This document shows positions 38,700 through 45,860 of a stretch of DNA of 64,000 bases, one piece after another. Positions within the stretch are counted from its first letter, which is position 1. Each line of letters opens with the position of its first letter. This stretch comes from Vicugna vicugna. Taxonomy: Eukaryota. The notes beneath the pieces are model-generated. The model saw nothing but the letters and a program-made list of their open reading frames with translations, was not told the origin of the DNA and ran no database searches. The stretch lies in the NCBI GenBank assembly GCA_013265495.1, contig MU057724.1:744001-808000 (forward strand). Reading direction: 5' to 3'. A program made the translations under genes and the position numbers.

Positions 38700-39960
38700 G
38701 CTGCAGCCACCTCCTAAGCACGCGGTGGAAGAAGCCCTTCCGGGCTCGGGGTGGGGGCGAAGTCCAGCCCCGAATGACCCCTGGAGGAGGCCGTCCGTCC
38801 TTGTCCACCGTCCTGGCCGCCCCTCGGCGGTTGTCCAGGAAAGCGAGTTGGTGAAAACTCGAAGCGCCCCCCGGTCGCCTCTGCGCATTTTCCGGAAGGC
38901 CCGGCTGCGGCTGCGGGGACCAGAGGCGCCCGGCCCCCCACGTGCGGCTGGGACCCCCGCGGGCGCCCTCCGGCGGGGTCCCCCGGGCTGGCGGGGGGCC
39001 GCCGCGATGACTGCGTCCCGCAGGCCGCGGGGCTCGCTCTGGCCGTCCCCGCGGGCCTGCCTTCCCTCCTCGCGGGCCGTCCCGGCGAGGCGGAGCTGCT
39101 GCGTCTCGCCTGCCTTTGGCGGAAAGGCGAGGAGGACGGAAGCGGCGTGATGACAGAACGCTCGGCTTAGTTTCGTCCAGAACGTTTCCCGCGTCTAAAC
39201 GAGGGACGCCCGCTTGGGTGCGAATCCTGGCCGGAGCAGCCTTAGCCTTCGCGCAGTTCTCGTTGCCTCGTTACCCCGCGGCGCCCACGTCTCTGGTGGT
39301 GAGAGGAGCGGCCGTTCAGCTTGGAGGACTTCGTCTCGGAAGATGAAAGCCGGGCGAGGGCTGGGAGGCTGTGAGGGAGCCACGGTGGTCCTCGGAAGAC
39401 GGAGTGTTAATGGACAGAGGATGGAGACCAGCTGCTTTCCAGCTCCGGCGAGAGAGGAAGGGGCTGGCGGGCCCCCGGGGAGGGGGGCGGGGGAGCGGGT
39501 CCTGCTGGGGGCGGCGCCGGAGGAAGCGGGGCCAACGGGGTTTCCAGGACGCGCTGGAGCGGCTCTGCAGGCGGCTACACGTGCTGCGTAGCCCCCGAGC
39601 TGTGCTGCTTCCTAAGTGAACCCCTCAGCTGTTAGCTGTTTAACCTCAGGGCACGCGGTCTCCCCTCCGCCGCGCGCGCAGCCTGCGCGTCCCAGGCGCT
39701 CCCTTCCCCTGCAGGGGGCGAAGCAGGAAGGATTCGGTTTGGGCTTCCATTTTGCGGCTCACGGCCTCTGCTGTCTGTAGTATCTCTAACCGGAAAGACC
39801 AGCTGCGGAGAAGCCGTGGCAGCCGAGGCGACCCGGGAGCAGGCGTAGCTCCGCGTGGAATACAGCGTCGCGCACCGGGTGCCACGGCGTGCCGGCCCGG
39901 CAGTGCGGGGCCCGCCCGTCCCGCACTGTGCCGCTGGGGCTGTTCCTCGTTTACACGTCA
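38700..39960. promoter_or_regulatory. Orphan CpG-island-like region downstream of SNAI2
   Basis: Very dense CpG, several CGGAAG motifs, CTCF-like motif at 39708-39721, no associated coding exon. Confidence 0.6.
39708..39721 (+). promoter_or_regulatory. CTCF-like motif
   Basis: CCTGCAGGGGGCGA versus the core CCWSYAGRKGGCRS. Confidence 0.5.
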
Positions 39961-40377
39961 GGGACCGGGCCCCAAGGGGTTAAGTACGCTGCATAAGGAT
40001 GTAAAGCCAGTAATGTGAACACGTCTGTTGAATTCAAAAGCTGGTGCTTTTCCTACAATGCCACCCTGTCTCGTGTTATAGGAAACAAATTAAGGCTACT
40101 GAGAATGCTTATCAGAACGTGGACCTGCAATTAAAACCAGTTTTCAGAGCTCGGACTCTCAGAGTGTCTATCACACCTGGTCCACCTGCCCTGGATTTGC
40201 CTTTATTCACATTCTGAGCATCTTACCTATTCATGGGAGGCTGTCATCACTAAGTTGGGAGACACCAGTGAATTCGCTTCTCTCAAAAATTATCAAGACT
40301 CTTTGCAATAAAGGGGAATATGTGGAATTTATTTTAGACCTGCAAGCTATTTTTCACTAATTTCTCTTATTTTCTCC

Positions 40378-40470
40378 ATTTATTCATTCAGCAAACATTT
40401 GTGGATGTGTGTGTTCCAGAGGACGTGCTGGGTACCAGGAACTTATATGTTAAGACGCTCTGTCCAGTGA
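40378..40470 (-). mobile_element. LINE-2 3' tail fragment
   Basis: tattcattcagcaaacatttg...gtgctgggtaccagga. Confidence 0.45.
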
Positions 40471-40486
40471 AAAAGAAAGGTATCAA

Positions 40487-40507
40487 CAAAACAAAACAAA
40501 ACAAAAC
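40487..40507. repeat. (CAAAA)n simple repeat
   Basis: caaaacaaaacaaaacaaaac. Confidence 0.85.
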
Positions 40508-41892
40508 CTGCCACCTTGTAAGATAAACGCCCCATTGTAAATGATATAGAGCTCCCAGAAAGAGTGAATCTGGAAAAGTATTTAAACTATGTGACATCCA
40601 AGCCAGGTCTTATGTGCTATAGGACATGTAGTCAAAGGCCTTGTGAAAATGCTGAAGTCTAAGAAGTCACTGAGCTGTGTTTAGACAAAACCTCAACATG
40701 TGATGTACCATGTGAAAATAAAATATTTGTATCACAAATACACCGAGAACGGTGAGGACAAAGCGGAAATACATTGCAAAAATATTGCCACGGATTCTTC
40801 TTTAGGAAATTAGACGAATGAAGAGATTTTTCCTTTTAGAAAATTATCTGTTTGCACTTTGGACTTGCCTGCAGATGCACAGATGAGAGAAGGAACGTGA
40901 GCAGACGTGGTCCCTGGGAGAACCAGCCAGGTCACTGCAGGCTTGCTGACTCACTCACAGGGGCCCTTGTGGGGTATTTGCATGTATCACCTGGGCTGCA
41001 AACTTCCAGGCATCATTTGTACACCAAATGCACCAACTAAAGTGGTCTTTTTATGACTTTAGAATGCCCTAGACAAGCCATTTCTTTTGCATTTATAAAC
41101 TGCTTTCCAAATAATTTTGCCTTTGAGGTATATGTCCTGAGATGTGAAAAGAATGTTAGATGTAGAATATTCAACTGAAGGGTGTTTTTTTTCAGTTAAA
41201 TGCATACCTGCTTTCTACGTCGGCTAAAACTGAGATGTAACACACAGTGGAGTGCGTATGAGCGTTGAGGGAATGGTCCTGGTTTGCTTGTGGCCCGCAA
41301 CTAATCTGAGATGCCAGCTCTGGCTTTCATTTGTATCACAAGAACATTGGCAGGCAAAATGATTCTGCAAGTCCTGAGCCAACCAGAGAGAAGTGATTCG
41401 GAGTGGCGGAGCTGTCATCCCGTGAGTGCGGAATCTGGATTTAAACGCACAGCTCGGTGGCTGTCACAGCGCCCACAACCGCACGTGTACCTGTGAGTGA
41501 GTTCACCGTGTCCAGGGAGCATGTGCTGCTGTGTGGACTGGCTGGCTCTGTTGCTTCATCAGGTGCACGTGGGGTCTGGGTGGGGGCCTCTTCCAAATGC
41601 CATCAGGACCACCTTGACGTTCTCTCCCTGAGCCCTGCACCCATCAGACTGCTTCTTTTTTGTATCAGTCACTAGATACAGGGTTTTCTTTTCAGTTTAA
41701 TTTTCCAGCTTGTGTAATTGATAATAAATCCATTTTTCCCTGAACACTTCATGCAGATTTTCTATTTTTCCTATTACCTGACGTTTTTTCAAAACCTTCA
41801 GCTGTTCTAGGGACCTATATGATAAGCACTCATTACAACAAGTGAGAGGAACTTGATTTCATAGCAAACATAATAAATAAATAAAAATAAGC

Positions 41893-42006
41893 AGAAGGTA
41901 CAGCTCGGTGGTGGAGTGTGTGCTTAGCATGTGCAGGGTCCTGGGTTCAATCCCCAGTCCCTCCATCAAAACCAACAGATAGATCTAATTACCTCCCCCA
42001 AAAAAG
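41893..42006 (+). mobile_element. Camelid tRNA-derived SINE (Vic-1-like), ~300 bp beyond the SNAI2 poly(A) site, opposite strand
   Basis: aggtacagctcggtggtggagtgtgtgcttagcatgtgcagggtcctgggttcaatccccagtccctcc...ctaattacctcccccaaaaaa. Confidence 0.85.
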
Positions 42007-42314
42007 TTTTGAAAAGCAGTCTTGACTATTAACAATGTGAATATTTTTAGCATTCAGAAAGCGTGATTCTTGTTACAGAGATATGCTAACAAACTCCTAT
42101 TCTGATGTTGCCTTTCTGAATGTAACAGTATTATCTTAAGAGTAAAGAAAAAATACGGGTTGCTTATTCTAATCTATCAAAAAATAACACTTGATATTCA
42201 TGGTAAACACTGTTCACTTTTTCTCTTATGAACAAAAGAGACAATTCTTTGTATAACAGTTTGGCACTCATCATAAAGTCAGTCAAGTCTCTGAAAGTCG
42301 TATACAAACAAGAG

Positions 42315-43364
42315 ATTTTTAAATCAAAAATGTTTATTGTAAAAAAAAGAACCTTGAAAATTGCTTTTTAAAAAAGAGACATTGATTTCACAAGTCTTTA
42401 GGTTGTACGTAGGCGGCAGCTCTAGACAACCTCTCACTGTCACACAAAACTCATTCAATCATAGAAAAATAAACATGAATTTACACTGACTCGTCAACCA
42501 ACGCTGCTGTTCTTTAGAAAGGCACTTGGAAGGGGCTGTGTGAGTTGCATTTGTGGTCTGCATTTCACTTAGTTTAAGTACATGACAGTTTCTAAAAATC
42601 CTTTGTTGCACATAGTCCCATCTTTAGTTAATTGCAAAAAAAAAAAATAGAAATCATTAAAAAATCCATCAAAAAAAGGAAGACACGGAGTATGCACCAG
42701 GAATGTTCAAAGCTAGTCTTCCTCGTATCCCTCAAGGCACTGAATGTGTATTGGCGAAGAAAGGACAAAAAACACGTTTAATACATTCTCCTGTGTTTTT
42801 TGTAAAACTTGTTCTCCCTCTGTCTTAAAAAAAATACAGTTTAAAGCATCACGGGTGGGTAATCAAACCAGGCTTTCGTTCAAGGATGGTGACCAGACAT
42901 CACACATGTGATAAAGTAAACTTGGAACACTCCGTAAGGCACCTGAGAGAGTGTCTGGTCGATTCTCTTCCCATAGGAAATCTGATCACAAACTCCATTT
43001 GAGGCAATACTTTCCGTTGAAATGATTTGGCAGCAGTGTAAATCTTTGCGTTCTTTCTTGAGAAGAAGATGTGATGTGCTTTTTGCTTCATCTTTGAAGA
43101 CAAAGATCCTTGTCTTTTATCCCCTCGATCTAGCTATCAGGAAATAGATAGTAATTTTAAACTTCACATGGAAAGGATTAACTCTAAACACATGGATTCC
43201 GTGCTCGCGCAGCATGTGCGTGTGTGTACGTGTGTGTACGTGTGTGTGTGTGTACATATTGTTTGGTCGGTAAGCACAAGAGAAAATGCCTTTGGACTTT
43301 TACTTGTTGTTTGGAGGCGGAGTGAAGAAATGCCTTGTGTTCGAGTAAACACTGGCTGTGTCAC
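42315..43364 (-). other. SNAI2: SNAI2 3'UTR (3' end approximate)
   Basis: AT-rich segment after the stop codon with a CA-rich repeat (43215-43255) and several miRNA seed matches; ends shortly after AATAAA at 42338-42333. Confidence 0.85.
42333..42338 (-). terminator. SNAI2: SNAI2 polyadenylation signal AATAAA
   Basis: + strand TTTATT. mRNA context UUUUUUUACAAUAAACAUUUUUGAUUUAAAAA resembles the recalled human SNAI2 3' end. Confidence 0.85.
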
Positions 43365-43546
43365 TCAGTGTGCCACACAGCAGCCAGACTCCTCGTGCTT
43401 GTGCAGCAGGGACATTCTGGAGAAGGTTTTGGAGCAGTTTTTGCACTGGTATTTCTTGACGTCCGAGTGTGTCTGCAGGTGGGCCCTCAGATTTGACCTG
43501 TCTGCAAACGCCCTGCTGCAGTGAGGGCAGGAGAAGGGCTTCTCCC
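43365..43546 (-). CDS. SNAI2: SNAI2 coding exon 3 (zinc fingers 4-5, stop)
   Basis: CCAG acceptor at 43550-43547. 182 nt encoding (G)[62 protein letters not shown]. Total CDS 79+546+182=807 nt = 268 aa. Confidence 0.99.
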
Positions 43547-44411
43547 CTGGGGGCGGGGCGGGGGATGGAGAGAGAAAGACGGTCAGTGCTTTCAGAGGAA
43601 ACAAGAAGCCAGGTCACATTTATGAGTAACAGCTACATTTTGCCAAAAGAATGAGAAACAGCAAAACTTGATTACATTTCCCCAGAGTGCATACTTATTT
43701 CAATGTCTGGCCCTTTAAGATAAATTTGCACTTTGCCTTAAAAACAGCAAATTTTAAAAAAAAGAGAGAGAGAATATTCTGCCTGCTGCCAGTCACGCAG
43801 AAATAATTCCTGCAGCTCTGGGGCTTCACTGGTAGAGCACTGGCAGGTGCAGCTGAGGGCAAGCTCCTCCCCAAGCTTCCCAGCATTTCTCCTTTCCCCT
43901 CCTGCCGTGTTATAAGCGAGGCTGGACAGATGCCTTGACACCCTGCAGGGTGATTTTGTGCTAGGAATAGAAAATTCAGCAGCAAAACCCAAACCAGACC
44001 GACCATCAGAAGCAAATTCAGCCTTGCCACCCAGCTCGCTGGGGGGTGACAGGTGTCCCCTTCATCTGCCTGTCTGCACCCTCAGTTCAGCTAGCCACGC
44101 GTGTATTGCTGATTTCAGGGAGCTGCTTCACAGAAGCCACATTCCCGGACTGCCTTCCTGACTTTCTAACTGATCTTTGAGACCAAACCCTCCGAGTCTA
44201 CTTCCCAAAGCCTCAGTGCTGCTTGCGGCCTCTGGGGCAGAGGCTGTGAGCCAGCCCTTCGTGCCCCGACCACTTTCTGAGTCGGCAGGAAGAAGCTACA
44301 GATGGTCACCCATCATGGAAAGCACTGTGTCGCTGCTTCATGCAGACAGGACAGGCAGCCCCGAGCTTCCTCCTGTCGGACAGCAACGCCCCGTCCCCGT
44401 TTTCCTCTTAC

Positions 44412-44957
44412 CAGTGTGCGTTCTAATGTGTCCTTGCAGCAGCCAGGGCCTGGAGAACGCCTTGCCACAGATCTTGCAGACACAAGGCAAGGTGTGGGTC
44501 CGAATGTGCATCTTGAGGGCGCCCAGGCTGACATACTCCTTGTCGCAGTATCTGCAGCTGAAGGACTTCCTGGCCTGGGCGCCGCAGTGCAGCTGCTTGT
44601 GCTTGCCCAGCCCCGAGAAGGTGGAGTAGGTTTTGTTGCATAAATTGCACTGAAACTTTTCAGCTTCAATGGCGTGAGGGTCTGAGAGCTTGGACTGTAG
44701 TCTTTCCTCTTCATCACTAATGGGGCTCTCCGAGCCGCTGTGGTCCTTGGACGAGGTGTCAGACGGAGGAGGGGGACTCACGCGCCCCAGGGATGAGGGG
44801 TATCCGGATAGAGGAGACAGGCCGCTGGGCGGCGGGCCGTGGAACGGGGCGGCGGCGGCCCACACGGTGATGGGGCTGTAGGCTCCCGAGCTGAGGATCT
44901 CCGGCTGCGGGATGACGGGCACGGAGTAGCTCTCGTAGAGGTACGGGGAAACGATCA
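44412..44957 (-). CDS. SNAI2: SNAI2 coding exon 2 (SLUG domain, zinc fingers 1-3)
   Basis: CAG acceptor at 44960-44958. 546 nt encoding (V)[10 protein letters not shown]...[13 protein letters not shown]...[10 protein letters not shown]...[22 protein letters not shown](G). GTAAGA donor at 44411. Confidence 0.99.
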
Positions 44958-45662
44958 CTGCGGGGTGGGGTGGGGCGGGAGGAGAGCAAGGTGAAACAAC
45001 GTGGAAGCACCCTAGGAGGCGACTGGGCAACACGCACAGGACTTGAGGACCGGGGGGGGGGCGCGCTCGTGGGGAGGACGCGCGCAGGGAGGGCATTCCC
45101 TTCCCTCCCCCAGTGCTGGCGGTCCTTGTGCTTAAGGCATGTCCGCGGAGGGTCCCAGGGGCCGGCCCGGCCCTGCGGTCAGCGAGCGCGGCCGGGCCCG
45201 CGCCTTCGCCGTCCCCGGCGAGGGGGAGCCTCCCACCCTTTTGAAAGATACGGAAAAGTTGCTTCCATTTTCTGCGTGGGCTGCTGGCAGGGCTTACGAC
45301 CGTGAGCACAAAGATGTGCGTGAATCAAGCTGCTTTCTAAAGGAAGGGAGCCTTAGTACATGAAAAAAAAGGCAACAATTCACCCTTTACGCATCGCCTC
45401 ACTCATCCTCCACGTACTCATTATGCAAGTACGCACACGCTTCAGAAAATGACGTTGCAAGAGTAGAACGGAGTCGTCCTTGCCAGTTAGGAGTTTGAAA
45501 AGTTTTGAATTAAAACGGCCTAGATGATCAAAGGAACGCCCGCTCTTTCAGGTCGCCGTTTAGCGGCAGACAGCTCAGCCTCTCGCTCTTTTGGAACCGA
45601 AGCTGAGCTGCAGCGGACACCAGTATTTGTCTATTTACGGGCAGATAAAGGTCCCTGTTTAC

Positions 45663-45741
45663 CTGTGTGTGTGTCCAGCTCGCCATAGTTGGGCTTCTTG
45701 GAGGCGTTGAAATGCTTCTTGACCAGGAAGGAGCGCGGCAT
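45663..45741 (-). CDS. SNAI2: SNAI2 (Slug) coding exon 1, SNAG domain
   Basis: Reverse complement reads ATG CCG CGC TCC TTC CTG GTC AAG AAG CAT... = MPRSFLVKKHFNASKKPNYGELDTHT plus 1 nt (79 nt), followed by a GTAAAC donor at 45662. Confidence 0.99.
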
Positions 45742-45860
45742 CCTGCCGGCGGCGCGGGGCGCGGGGGCGCGGGGCGCGCGGTCCTACAGCATCGCGGCCC
45801 CGGCAGGTGCGCGCACGGCGCCGCCAGGTCGCGGGCTCCTCGCGGACTGAGCCCGCGGTG
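45742..45860 (-). other. SNAI2: SNAI2 5'UTR (TSS approximate)
   Basis: Contains GGGCTCAGT and GCGATGCTGTAGG blocks resembling the recalled human SNAI2 5'UTR. Confidence 0.65.

Noticed and set aside
38880-39100. Possible MIR origin of the left part of the orphan CpG island
   Set aside because: The resemblance is only in spacing after assuming many substitutions and cannot be distinguished from chance by eye.
41893-41965. tRNA gene (A-box/B-box-like sequence), also at 31810-31878 and 7920-7980
   Set aside because: All three continue into a shared non-tRNA body and A-rich tail, so they are SINEs, not tRNA genes.
44338-44411. C-terminal extension [12 protein letters not shown]... after zinc finger 3
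   Set aside because: It is read-through of the canonical GTAAGA donor; exon 3 supplies the true fingers 4-5.
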